Source: an uncultured Bacilli bacterium
GTDB taxonomy: Bacteria; Bacillota_I; Bacilli_A; RF39; UBA660
Direction of reading: 5' to 3'
NCBI GenBank assembly: GCA_947624505.1
Contig: CANQKO010000001.1
Location: 8,948-72,947 of the forward strand
DNA: 64,000 nt
The notes beneath the pieces are model-generated. The model searched no databases. It was not told the origin of the DNA and worked only from the letters and a program-made list of their open reading frames with translations. The translations under genes were made by a program, and so were the position numbers. Below, piece after piece: positions 46,298-55,392 of this stretch; the stretch's first letter is position 1; the number at the start of each line of letters is the position of its first letter.

Positions 46298-47062
46298 TTA
46301 ATTTAAGATTCTTTTTTTAATACAAAATAAACCTATTCCACTAATAATGGCAAGACCAACATAGAGAAAAACATTAATATCTGAGGTATCAGGATTTACT
46401 GGTTTTGGGGGAAGTGTTGTATAAATATCAACACCATAAACTGCTTTAATATTACAAGCCCATAGGTATCTTACATCACTTGCGTTAGATGCATCATCAA
46501 CTTTTAACTCAATAAAATCAGTAGCACCAATTTCTTTACCATAATCTAAAACCGTAAATCTAACTTTAATTTTATTATCATCTTTTTTAAATTCCCATCT
46601 ATAGGTATATACTCCATCAGTGTCAATGGTGGCAATTGGATTATTTTCTTTATTCCACCCTGCTGTTATCACAAATTTATCCCCACTTTTTTGGGTCATC
46701 ACAATTGCTTCAGTTAAATATTCAGCATCTTTATTATCTTCTTTTTTATTTATTGCAATAGATAATTCAAATAATTCCCCATTTTCATAGTTATCTTTAT
46801 TTAATCCTACAAAAACTTCTTCTTTAATTCCATCACTTAGTTTAGCTTTACTAGCTTTATTAAATGGTCCTACTTTCATTCCCTCATCTTCTTCTTTTTC
46901 ACCCTTAAGATTAGTTATATTAGAAGATACTTTAGTTTTAGATCCATAATTAGTACCAGCTTGCCAATCTTCATACTTCCAAACTGTCATCGCCTTAACA
47001 TTTAATATAAACAAAAAACAAAAAGAAACAAAAAATAGGCTAAAGCTTAAAATTTTTTTCAT
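46298..47062 (-). CDS. Secreted protein with a C-terminal NPDTSD sorting-signal-like tail (candidate SrtB substrate)
   Basis: Signal peptide MKKILSFSLFFVSFCFLFILNVKA. The C-terminus reads PPKPVNPDTSD, then INVFLYVGLAIISGIGLFCI, then KKRILN. Confidence 0.7.
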   Translation of the reverse strand: MKKILSFSLFFVSFCFLFILNVKAMTVWKYEDWQAGTNYGSKTKVSSNITNLKGEKEEDEGMKVGPFNKASKAKLSDGIKEEVFVGLNKDNYENGELFELSIAINKKEDNKDAEYLTEAIVMTQKSGDKFVITAGWNKENNPIATIDTDGVYTYRWEFKKDDNKIKVRFTVLDYGKEIGATDFIELKVDDASNASDVRYLWACNIKAVYGVDIYTTLPPKPVNPDTSDINVFLYVGLAIISGIGLFCIKKRILN

Positions 47063-47139
47063 AAATTCACTTCTTCATCACCTTTTAAATGATGATACTC
47101 CTTTCATTTACTAAACTATATGTTAAATATTTATGTTTA

Positions 47140-47997
47140 TTATTCAATTTTTCGCATTTTTATTAATTTAGCGTGAATAACAATTCTTCCACCCCTAGTA
47201 TCTAAACAAGTTGATAATGTTAAAAACTTATCATTAATATTAACCTCGGCATTTAAGGAAGCAATATTTCTATTTTGCATTCTTTCAATCCATTTTTGCT
47301 TTTCTTCCTTAGTACTAAAACTCGTCTTTAAATAATAAGTTTCTTCTTTAATCGTATATATTGAAAATATTTGAAATAACATATTTTCTTTTAAAGTTTT
47401 AAAATATATAACATAATTATCTTTATTTTCTTGCCAAGATGATAATAAAGTATTTCTTAGTGAAGCAAACATTGTTCCATCTTTTCTACTATGTCCATAA
47501 ATAATTGTATTATCACTTAGTTCATTAATACTATTTCGATAATCCATAAAGATAGACCCAGCACTATTTTTCTTATTATCAAAAGAATGATTAAGATAAT
47601 AACTATTATCACTACCCTTAACAACTGGATAGTTTATAATCGTATTTTTGATATTAATAAACCCGACAGTATCTTTATTTTGAGAAATTAATTTGGAAAA
47701 ATCAACATCATATAAAGGAAATGATGCATAGTAGTAATAATTACTATTTTTATCAAGGGGAGGATTTACTAACTCACCATCTAAAGTATCACTACCTATT
47801 TCTATATTACTAGCTATTTCCTTATTTAACTTATGAATTTTAAAATTATCAATATTCCACTTAATAATTTTAAGTAAAGAGAAAGTAAATATTAATAAAC
47901 AACAACCTAAAAGAAAATAACCCCCAATATTATGCTTACGTTTAGGTTTATTTTCTTCTTGTTTTAAATATTTTTCAATCGATATATATTTCTTCAT
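47140..47997 (-). CDS. srtB: Class B sortase (second copy)
   Basis: YPVVKGSDNSYYLNHSFDNKKNSAGSIFMDYRN, NTIIYGHSRKDGTMF, LTLSTC and RIVIHAKLI. Confidence 0.85.
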   Translation of the reverse strand: MKKYISIEKYLKQEENKPKRKHNIGGYFLLGCCLLIFTFSLLKIIKWNIDNFKIHKLNKEIASNIEIGSDTLDGELVNPPLDKNSNYYYYASFPLYDVDFSKLISQNKDTVGFINIKNTIINYPVVKGSDNSYYLNHSFDNKKNSAGSIFMDYRNSINELSDNTIIYGHSRKDGTMFASLRNTLLSSWQENKDNYVIYFKTLKENMLFQIFSIYTIKEETYYLKTSFSTKEEKQKWIERMQNRNIASLNAEVNINDKFLTLSTCLDTRGGRIVIHAKLIKMRKIE

Positions 47998-48076
47998 TCA
48001 TTTAATATTACTATAAAAATTATTAATTTATGAACTTACTTTAATTAAAATGTTATAATATAGATAAGGAGTATAT

Positions 48077-48829
48077 ATGGCTAAAATTTTTTATTATAAA
48101 ACTTTTGAAGATGATTTTATTAATACCTCAAATGAAGAATATAAGTTAAAAGAAAATTATAAATGGATTAATGCTAATATTTTTTATAGAATCTTATCTT
48201 TCCTTCTTTATCTTTTAGTTTTAGTATTTTCATTTATATATACTAAGTTATTTTTAAGAGTGACAATTAAGAATAAAAAAATCTTAAAAGGTGAAAAAGG
48301 TTATTTTCTATATTGTAATCATACCCAAATGCTTGGTGATGTATTTAATCCTTTTTTAATAAGTTTCCCGCATCATCCTTATATTATTTGTAGCCAAGCA
48401 AATTTAGGTATACCTATTCTAGGTAAAATACTCCCTCTAGGTGGTGCATTACCTATTCCAAATAATATTAAAGATCTATTAAAATTTACGGACGCAATTA
48501 GTTATTACGGAAAAAAACACCCCATAGTTATTTATCCTGAAGCTCATCTTTGGCCTTATGCAACATTTATTAGAGATTTTAAAACCTCTTCTTTTCACTA
48601 TCCCATAAATGAAAATAAAAAAGTTTTTACAGCCACGACTACATATACGAAATCAAAGATATTTAAAAAACCTAAAATTACTATTTATATTGATGGCCCT
48701 TTTGAAAAAGAGGAAAACTTAACTAAAAAAGAAAATATTAATAAAATTAAAGATGAGGTATATAAAACAATGGTTAAAAGAAGTAAATTAAATAATTACG
48801 AATATATCACATACAAAAAGAAAGATTAA
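48077..48829 (+). CDS. PlsC/LPLAT-like acyltransferase (variant H-x5-D box)
   Basis: TM segment, then YCNHTQMLGD and IYPEAHLWPY, reminiscent of lysophospholipid acyltransferase blocks I and III. Confidence 0.55.
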   Translation: MAKIFYYKTFEDDFINTSNEEYKLKENYKWINANIFYRILSFLLYLLVLVFSFIYTKLFLRVTIKNKKILKGEKGYFLYCNHTQMLGDVFNPFLISFPHHPYIICSQANLGIPILGKILPLGGALPIPNNIKDLLKFTDAISYYGKKHPIVIYPEAHLWPYATFIRDFKTSSFHYPINENKKVFTATTTYTKSKIFKKPKITIYIDGPFEKEENLTKKENINKIKDEVYKTMVKRSKLNNYEYITYKKKD

Positions 48830-48833
48830 CTAA

Positions 48834-49697
48834 CTAATCTTCCTTTTTTAAACCAGCAATATCACTAAATTCAAAAGTATAATCAAGTTTTTTATGATAA
48901 GCTTTCTCATAAGCTTCTACTTTTTGTTTATAATCAACTTCGGCCATTATCTTACTATTTTCTCTAACTGATTTACTAGGATCTAAGTAAATTGGTTTTA
49001 AAACGTGAACAATATATTCAACTTCCTTAAATTCTTCATTATCATCATTTTCTTTATCGATTATTTCAGTAAAGCAGGAAATAACAGGCACATTATTTTC
49101 GCAAGCAAATTCATAAGCCCCTCTTTTACAAGGTCTTGGCAAACGATAATTAAACCACATTTCTTCTTCAGGGTAAATTAAAACATAATTATTTTTTTCT
49201 AATACTTTTTTAAGTTCCGGTTTAAAGGTTTTAATAATATAATTAGGACTTTTACATAAAGGAATCGTATGTAAACTATTCATTAAGTAACCTAAAAAAC
49301 CAGGCATTGCTAAATTAGTATCTTGAATAACAATAAATGGATTCTTTTTATAGCGTTTCTTTACTAATTTTCTAATTAATAAATTATCTAGTGGATTAAA
49401 ATGATTACTGGTTACAATTGCCCCCTTATTAATATCTTTGATATTTTCTAAACCATCTATTTTAATATTTTTATCTAATTTTCTTGCTACCATACTAACA
49501 TATAAAAAAGCTAAACGACTTTCTAAAAAATAAAATATTTTATTTTTTCTAAGACTATAAAACTTATTTAAAACCCTATTAAGTTCTTCTTCACTTAATT
49601 TTGGATCATTTACTTCGACTTTTTTATTTAATTCATTATCTAAAATATTTTGTTTAATATTTTTAATAACTTCTTTTTTACTCCCACCAATAATCAT
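48834..49697 (-). CDS. 1-acyl-sn-glycerol-3-phosphate/lysophospholipid acyltransferase family protein
   Basis: VTSNHFNPLDN (HX4D) and IYPEEEMW blocks. Confidence 0.7.
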   Translation of the reverse strand: MIIGGSKKEVIKNIKQNILDNELNKKVEVNDPKLSEEELNRVLNKFYSLRKNKIFYFLESRLAFLYVSMVARKLDKNIKIDGLENIKDINKGAIVTSNHFNPLDNLLIRKLVKKRYKKNPFIVIQDTNLAMPGFLGYLMNSLHTIPLCKSPNYIIKTFKPELKKVLEKNNYVLIYPEEEMWFNYRLPRPCKRGAYEFACENNVPVISCFTEIIDKENDDNEEFKEVEYIVHVLKPIYLDPSKSVRENSKIMAEVDYKQKVEAYEKAYHKKLDYTFEFSDIAGLKKED

Positions 49698-49703
49698 CTT
49701 TAT

Positions 49704-50657
49704 TTAAAACCTTTTTTCTAAATTACTTTCAAAAACTTTTTTAAAAGTTACCTCACTATGCATAATTTCTTCTGCTCTTTTTACTAATACTTCCAAGGCT
49801 TTAGTTGCTTCTTCCTCATCTTCTTTAGTAAAGCTCTCTTTTTCTTTTAAAATGTCTTCTTTAAATAGACTATTCTTAGCATATTCCCAAAAATATTCTT
49901 CGTAATCCACCCCATCATAATGCCAAGGTTTTAAAAATAAATTATAATGGACTATTTTAGGATGATCAAAAACTTTCTTACCACCGGTTGGCATTGCATC
50001 CCATTCATTAGGTAAATGCAATATTTTGCCATAAGCCATTGCATTAATATAATCTTGATCAGGACAAACAGTATCAAAATGATATTTATTAAGTAAATAT
50101 AAGAAATGTTTTTCAAATCCTACTTCTCTTAACTTTTTCATATTCATTAAAAGAACTCCAGAATTAATATATTCATTAATACTAACTCCCGCATTAAGGC
50201 GAAAATACTCACATAATATAGGGTTGTCAGCACAAGAAATATCTGTACAACCACCAAATAAATTATCTTTTAAATCATAATTATATAACTCTGATATATC
50301 ACCAGGAATACAAGTATCACTATCAATATAAATGGCTTTATCATATTCAGGAAACATTGTAGGAATAAATATTCTAAAGTATATTGTTAAGGTAAAAAAA
50401 TCAGCTTTAAGTAAATTTTCTTTACGATTAGTTATACTTTCTAATCCATCTTTCATTTTGGTAAATATTATTTTAGCATTATCGGTTTCTAATGTTTTTA
50501 ATTTATTTATAGCATCCTCAGTTATTGATTCATAAACAATGTGTATATGATAATCATAATCTTTAGAGGCATTACGAATCAAAGAAGCAAGTGCTACAGA
50601 CAAATAAGGAGCATACCCCGCATCTATTGTAAAAAATATTGGTATTATTTCTTTCAT
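49704..50657 (-). CDS. Glycosyltransferase family 8
   Basis: IPIFFTIDAGYAPYLSVALASL, the DxD motif in YIDSDTCI, and NSGVLLMNMKKLRE. Confidence 0.8.
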   Translation of the reverse strand: MKEIIPIFFTIDAGYAPYLSVALASLIRNASKDYDYHIHIVYESITEDAINKLKTLETDNAKIIFTKMKDGLESITNRKENLLKADFFTLTIYFRIFIPTMFPEYDKAIYIDSDTCIPGDISELYNYDLKDNLFGGCTDISCADNPILCEYFRLNAGVSINEYINSGVLLMNMKKLREVGFEKHFLYLLNKYHFDTVCPDQDYINAMAYGKILHLPNEWDAMPTGGKKVFDHPKIVHYNLFLKPWHYDGVDYEEYFWEYAKNSLFKEDILKEKESFTKEDEEEATKALEVLVKRAEEIMHSEVTFKKVFESNLEKRF

Positions 50658-51482
50658 TTACTTCATCCTTCCCATAACCAATTTATATTCATCTAATATA
50701 TCGTCAAAAGAGTGAACTTTTAAGACTTTATGTAACTTATCTATTTGCCAAGGTTTAATTGTTTGCTTTTGAATCTTTGGCCAAAACTTAAATGTGGTCG
50801 TAAAATGTCTAAAAACAGTATCATCACTTTCACTTTTTTGTTCATTGTAGATACGATCAACAATTAATTTCTTTTTAACATACCAATTAATCGCGGATTG
50901 ATCTGGTAAAAGCATTTTATTTTTTTGACATAAATGCCGACACTTTTCAAAAAGTTTGGTTTTTCTTATTAAATCTAAATTTAAAAGTAAAACTCCCGAA
51001 TTAAGATAATCTTTTATTACAACTTTCTTTTTATAAAAATGACTACCATAATAATCTAAGACCCCTGCTACTTCATATGAAGTATTATCAATATTATAAA
51101 AATCACTTGGATTTTTTAAACAAACAACATCATTATCTAAATAAAGAATTTTACTAGGTAAATCACTTACTAGATCAGCATATAATCTAAGCATACAATA
51201 AGGAGTAAAAAAAGTATCAATATTGGCAAGAGGTAAACATTCATTAACAATATCTGTAACATCAAATAACTTAACAAAACTATCTTTATTTTTTTCTTTA
51301 ACTATTTCATCAAGAATACTTATTTCTTTATTTGTTAAGGGTTTATAAGTTTTATTTTCATTTTGATACTTCATTGTCAAAACATAAATACATAATTTAT
51401 CTTGTCCATTTTTTAATAATGACAAAATTGATATTACTAAACCATCAATGATGTTAGCATCTCCACAATAAAGCACATTCAT
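50658..51482 (-). CDS. Glycosyltransferase family 8
   Basis: DANIIDGLVISILSLL, the DxD motif in YLDNDVVC, and NSGVLLLNLDLIR. Confidence 0.8.
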   Translation of the reverse strand: MNVLYCGDANIIDGLVISILSLLKNGQDKLCIYVLTMKYQNENKTYKPLTNKEISILDEIVKEKNKDSFVKLFDVTDIVNECLPLANIDTFFTPYCMLRLYADLVSDLPSKILYLDNDVVCLKNPSDFYNIDNTSYEVAGVLDYYGSHFYKKKVVIKDYLNSGVLLLNLDLIRKTKLFEKCRHLCQKNKMLLPDQSAINWYVKKKLIVDRIYNEQKSESDDTVFRHFTTTFKFWPKIQKQTIKPWQIDKLHKVLKVHSFDDILDEYKLVMGRMK

Positions 51483-51493
51483 TTTTTACCTCC

Positions 51494-51940
51494 TTAATTA
51501 TTTAAATCATCACCATATATTGCTATATAATAATCATCTATTTTTTTAACTATAAAATTATTTAAACTTAAAGTATGCACATTTTCTAATCCGTAAGCTA
51601 AACCCATCCCTAAATATTTGACATAGCTTTCTTTTTTAACCCATATTTTAGTAAAGTCTTCATCACTTTTAATTAACTTCTTTTCATCTTCATCAAATAC
51701 TTTTTCCATAACTTTGGAACGCATCGTTATTTTTTCAATATCTACTCCTACTTCTTTATTTGAAATAACTAATACAGTATATTCGTAAGAATGACTAATA
51801 TTAAAATATAATTCATTATTTTTTAAATATGGTTTACCATAAGAATTATAAATTATTTCTTTTTTAATTTTATATTCATCTAATACTTTTTTTAATAATT
51901 CTTTTGATGATGTATTTTTTTCAATATATAATTTATACAT
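51494..51940 (-). CDS. 4'-phosphopantetheinyl transferase (short Sfp/AcpS-superfamily member)
   Basis: GVDIEKI and WVKKESYVKYLG motifs. Overlaps the ACP gene stop by 8 nt. Confidence 0.7.
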   Translation of the reverse strand: MYKLYIEKNTSSKELLKKVLDEYKIKKEIIYNSYGKPYLKNNELYFNISHSYEYTVLVISNKEVGVDIEKITMRSKVMEKVFDEDEKKLIKSDEDFTKIWVKKESYVKYLGMGLAYGLENVHTLSLNNFIVKKIDDYYIAIYGDDLNN

Positions 51941-52160
51941 GCTTACTTTCTATGTATTTAACAATATCATCAACGGTTTGTAAATTTTTAATATCTTTAT
52001 CTAATATTTCAATATTATATTTTTTTTCAAATGCTGCGATTAAATCAACTAAATCTAGTGATTCTAATTCTAAATCTCTAATTAAGTTAGCATTCTCCTT
52101 TATATTTTCTTTAGGTATTTCTAATACCTCACTTATTATATTAATTATCTCTTCTTTCAT
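51933..52160 (-). CDS. Acyl/peptidyl carrier protein
   Basis: 75 aa. DLELESLDLVDLI contains the phosphopantetheine-attachment Ser context. Confidence 0.8.
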   Translation of the reverse strand: MKEEIINIISEVLEIPKENIKENANLIRDLELESLDLVDLIAAFEKKYNIEILDKDIKNLQTVDDIVKYIESKHV

Positions 52161-53731
52161 TATTCTTCTCCTATTCTATTTCTTAATATTTTACCATTAT
52201 GATTTTTAATAAATTCTTTACTTCTTAATTTAAACATAGCAATTTGATGATTTTTAGGTCGATTCTTATTATAATTATAAATAAGATTTTCAAAATATTC
52301 TTCATTTCCTAAATATTCTTCATTAGGATAAATACTCGCTACTAATTTATTACCATCTTCATAAACAATGACTTCACAAATTGCTTTATCTTTCATTAAT
52401 TCACTTTCAATTTGCTCAGGGCTAATATTTTCTCCATTACTTAAAATAATAATATTCTTTTTTCTTCCGGTAATAAATAAGAACCCATCATTATCTAGAT
52501 ATCCTAAATCGCCGGTATAAAAGTAACCATCTTTTACTACGGCATTCGTTGATCCTTTATCTTTATAATAACCTTTCATTACTATATCGCCACCAACACA
52601 TATCTCACCATCAATAATTTTTACAGTTACATCCCGACAAACTTGACCAATACTGCCATCTTTATAATAATGATTACGATTTACTGAAACCACTGGTGAG
52701 CACTCGGTAATCCCATATCCATTTAAGATATTGATTCCTAAATCTCTAAACCATTCAACATATTTTTGATCTAAGTAAGCTCCCCCACAAATAATATGAT
52801 GAAGATTACCCCCAAATTCATTTAAGATATCTTTAAATAATTTATTTCTAATATCGATATTTATTTTTAATAAATAATGACTTAACTTTAAAGAATTTTT
52901 TAATAATTTTTCTTTATGCGCTAGCCTCGCATTCTTCCATATTTGCTTATAAAATGTTTCAATAAAAGCGGGAACTACAAAAATGGTATCCGGTTTATTT
53001 TCTTTTAAATCTGAAACAGCATATTTTAAACTTTTATTTAAGAATATTTCTTTACCATAATATAAGGGTTTTAAAATGCCAGTGATTATTCCAAAAGCGT
53101 GATGAAATGGTAAAAGGCTTACAACTGAACCATCGGGTTTAAATAATGATGATGCCCCGTATATATCACTTGCAATATTTTTTTGGGTTAAAACAACGGG
53201 CTTACTGGCCCCGGTTGTTCCTGATGTAAAGAAGATAGCGGCATCTTTATCATTATCAATAGCTATTTTTTTATCTTTAATTTTATTTACTTCGTAATTT
53301 ACAACTTCATCTATGGCCATTACTTTATAAGGCATATCTTTGACAAATAAATTATAAGAAGCTGAATAACAAATAATTTTTGTATCACTTTTTTTAAGGA
53401 GACTTGTTAAATCAGTTTCATTTATATCTTTATCCATTACAACACAGACATTATCACTTAATATAATTGCTAAAAAGATAACTACCCAGTTATAACTATT
53501 TTCACCAATTAAAGCAATATGTTTATTATGAAAATTATTTCTAAAATACTTGCTTACAGAGTAAACATCATTATAAACATCTTTAAATGTTTTTTTAACT
53601 TTTTCATTATCAATTTTATAACTAAATGCTATATCATTAGCATAACTTTTAAGCATTAATTCTAATAATTCACTAATATTATTGATTTTAGTGTGGGGAT
53701 AATAATCATAATCTTTATTCTGCACTTTCAT
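52160..53731 (-). CDS. AMP-dependent (ANL-family) synthetase/ligase
   Basis: FFTSGTTGASKPVVLTQKN (A3 core), GYGITE, YFYTGDLG and GRKKNIIILSNGENISP. Its stop overlaps the ACP start by 1 nt. Confidence 0.85.
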   Translation of the reverse strand: MKVQNKDYDYYPHTKINNISELLELMLKSYANDIAFSYKIDNEKVKKTFKDVYNDVYSVSKYFRNNFHNKHIALIGENSYNWVVIFLAIILSDNVCVVMDKDINETDLTSLLKKSDTKIICYSASYNLFVKDMPYKVMAIDEVVNYEVNKIKDKKIAIDNDKDAAIFFTSGTTGASKPVVLTQKNIASDIYGASSLFKPDGSVVSLLPFHHAFGIITGILKPLYYGKEIFLNKSLKYAVSDLKENKPDTIFVVPAFIETFYKQIWKNARLAHKEKLLKNSLKLSHYLLKINIDIRNKLFKDILNEFGGNLHHIICGGAYLDQKYVEWFRDLGINILNGYGITECSPVVSVNRNHYYKDGSIGQVCRDVTVKIIDGEICVGGDIVMKGYYKDKGSTNAVVKDGYFYTGDLGYLDNDGFLFITGRKKNIIILSNGENISPEQIESELMKDKAICEVIVYEDGNKLVASIYPNEEYLGNEEYFENLIYNYNKNRPKNHQIAMFKLRSKEFIKNHNGKILRNRIGEE

Positions 53732-53864
53732 TTTCTAATCTCCTCATCCTTAACTACTATTATACCATATATTAATATATTTGAAAAAGAATACTAATTA
53801 AAATAATTATGACTATAAAAAGATAATTCTTTAATTGTAAAATTATTAAAAATTGTAAATTGCA

Positions 53865-54692
53865 TTAAACTGTTAACTGTTCTTTAGACAAATTTTTTAT
53901 ATATTCTAATACACAAGTTATTGCATCACTAATTGGTATATCAAGCCAATTGTTTTTAGGGTTTTTTAAATTACTTTTATAAATATCTGAATTAAATATT
54001 TTTTTTAGCCTTGAATAAATACCATCTATTGTTTTTTCTCGCATGTTATTATCATTAAATATTATTATTTGAAATGCTTTTAATAATTTTATAGCATCTA
54101 TTTCTTTAGAAGTTATTAAGTAATAAAAATCAAATAAATCCTTATATCTGGTTGATCTAATTCCTAATTTAAGTAATGATTTTAATTTTTCTGTAAAAAT
54201 TTGTTCTGGAGAATTAATAAGTAAACTAACGCCATCATTTAAGGCATCTAAATTAAAGTAATAATTATCTTGTTCTAATTCAAATAATTTATGAACGCCT
54301 ATATCCAATTTAGTATCAATTACATAATTATAATTATCCACCAATTCTATATAAACTCTTTTTCCATTATAATCTTGGTGATGTAATTCTTCTATAGGAG
54401 ATTTTATTTTAATATTAATATTATCACTCGTTGAATTAAGTTTATTTATAAATTCTTTTATAGAGTTATCTTCTAAAGAATATTTGATAAAGTCTAAATC
54501 TAAATCGCGAGTTGCTCTTCTAGTCGAATGAGATATACTATGCATTACTACTCCACCTTTAATAGTAATATTATCTTTAAATTTACTTTTAGCAATTTTA
54601 TTTAAAATAACATCTTGACTAGCTTTAGATCTTGCGTCGATCAATTCATAGCCCAAAGCAACATTATTTCTCACTATTTCCTCTAAATTCAT
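53865..54692 (-). CDS. abiEii: AbiEii/AbiGii-family nucleotidyltransferase toxin (type IV TA)
   Basis: 275 aa. ITIKGGVVMHSISHSTRRATRDLDLDF matches the GG...T.D(L/I)D NTase motif of the DUF1814/AbiEii family. Its start overlaps the upstream stop by 1 nt (TAATG). Confidence 0.8.
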   Translation of the reverse strand: MNLEEIVRNNVALGYELIDARSKASQDVILNKIAKSKFKDNITIKGGVVMHSISHSTRRATRDLDLDFIKYSLEDNSIKEFINKLNSTSDNINIKIKSPIEELHHQDYNGKRVYIELVDNYNYVIDTKLDIGVHKLFELEQDNYYFNLDALNDGVSLLINSPEQIFTEKLKSLLKLGIRSTRYKDLFDFYYLITSKEIDAIKLLKAFQIIIFNDNNMREKTIDGIYSRLKKIFNSDIYKSNLKNPKNNWLDIPISDAITCVLEYIKNLSKEQLTV

Positions 54693-55264
54693 TAGAAAAC
54701 CTCTCGCATTAAAGCATTAGCTAAATTTGTACCGTTTTTATATAATGATAGATATTCTTCTATTTTATACATATCTAAATCATCAACAATTTTTCGATAA
54801 TTTAAAATTATTTCTTTATAATAATCAAAAGGAATTTGATTTCTTTTTCTGATTAATTCAACTAATAATCTTTCTTTATTATATATTTTTACTTTTTCTC
54901 CATCAATTATAATCTCTTCTTTACCTGCATTTAACTTTTCCTTAGGAACCCACGTTTGATCAACCTTATTATCTTTTATAATATTGGAATTTCTGCTAGT
55001 AGCAATATAAGTTTTGTTTGGAATAACATCAGTTAAATCATAATAATAAAATGCTGAGTCCATTGTTATAATTGAACTAGGATACTTTTTGGCTACTGCA
55101 ACTACTGGATTTACTAAATCTTTATCAGAATAAATTCCACGTTTAATTTTAAATACCTCTTTTTTGACTAAGGCTTTTGCTAAATTATATCTAGTCCCAT
55201 ATTTTTTTAAAATTTCTTTTCCTGTATAAAGCATAATATCACTCCTTTTCAAAATACCGTACAT
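54692..55264 (-). CDS. abiEi: AbiEi-family antitoxin/transcriptional regulator
   Basis: GKEILKKYGTRYNLAKALVKKEVFKIKRGIYSD is the AbiEi_4 N-terminal wHTH pattern. The ~190-aa size fits. The start could be Met1 or Met11. Confidence 0.78.
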   Translation of the reverse strand: MYGILKRSDIMLYTGKEILKKYGTRYNLAKALVKKEVFKIKRGIYSDKDLVNPVVAVAKKYPSSIITMDSAFYYYDLTDVIPNKTYIATSRNSNIIKDNKVDQTWVPKEKLNAGKEEIIIDGEKVKIYNKERLLVELIRKRNQIPFDYYKEIILNYRKIVDDLDMYKIEEYLSLYKNGTNLANALMREVF

Positions 55265-55276
55265 TTTTTTAATTCT

Positions 55277-55381
55277 TGTATGGCGTTTTGCAAATCAATA
55301 TTAGTATAACATTACATTGAAAAAAAGTAAATATTTTTTTACAAAACACCATACAACTTTTGCGTTTCTGTATGGTGTTTT
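55277..55381 (-). promoter_or_regulatory. abiE promoter flanked by three copies of a TGTATGG(C/T)GTTTT repeat
   Basis: Repeat copies lie at 55277-55290 (direct), 55342-55355 (inverted) and 55369-55381 (direct). On the minus strand, TTTACT (55331-55326), a 17-nt spacer and TATACT (55308-55303) sit between the first two copies. Confidence 0.6.
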
Positions 55382-55392
55382 AAAAAAGTTAT

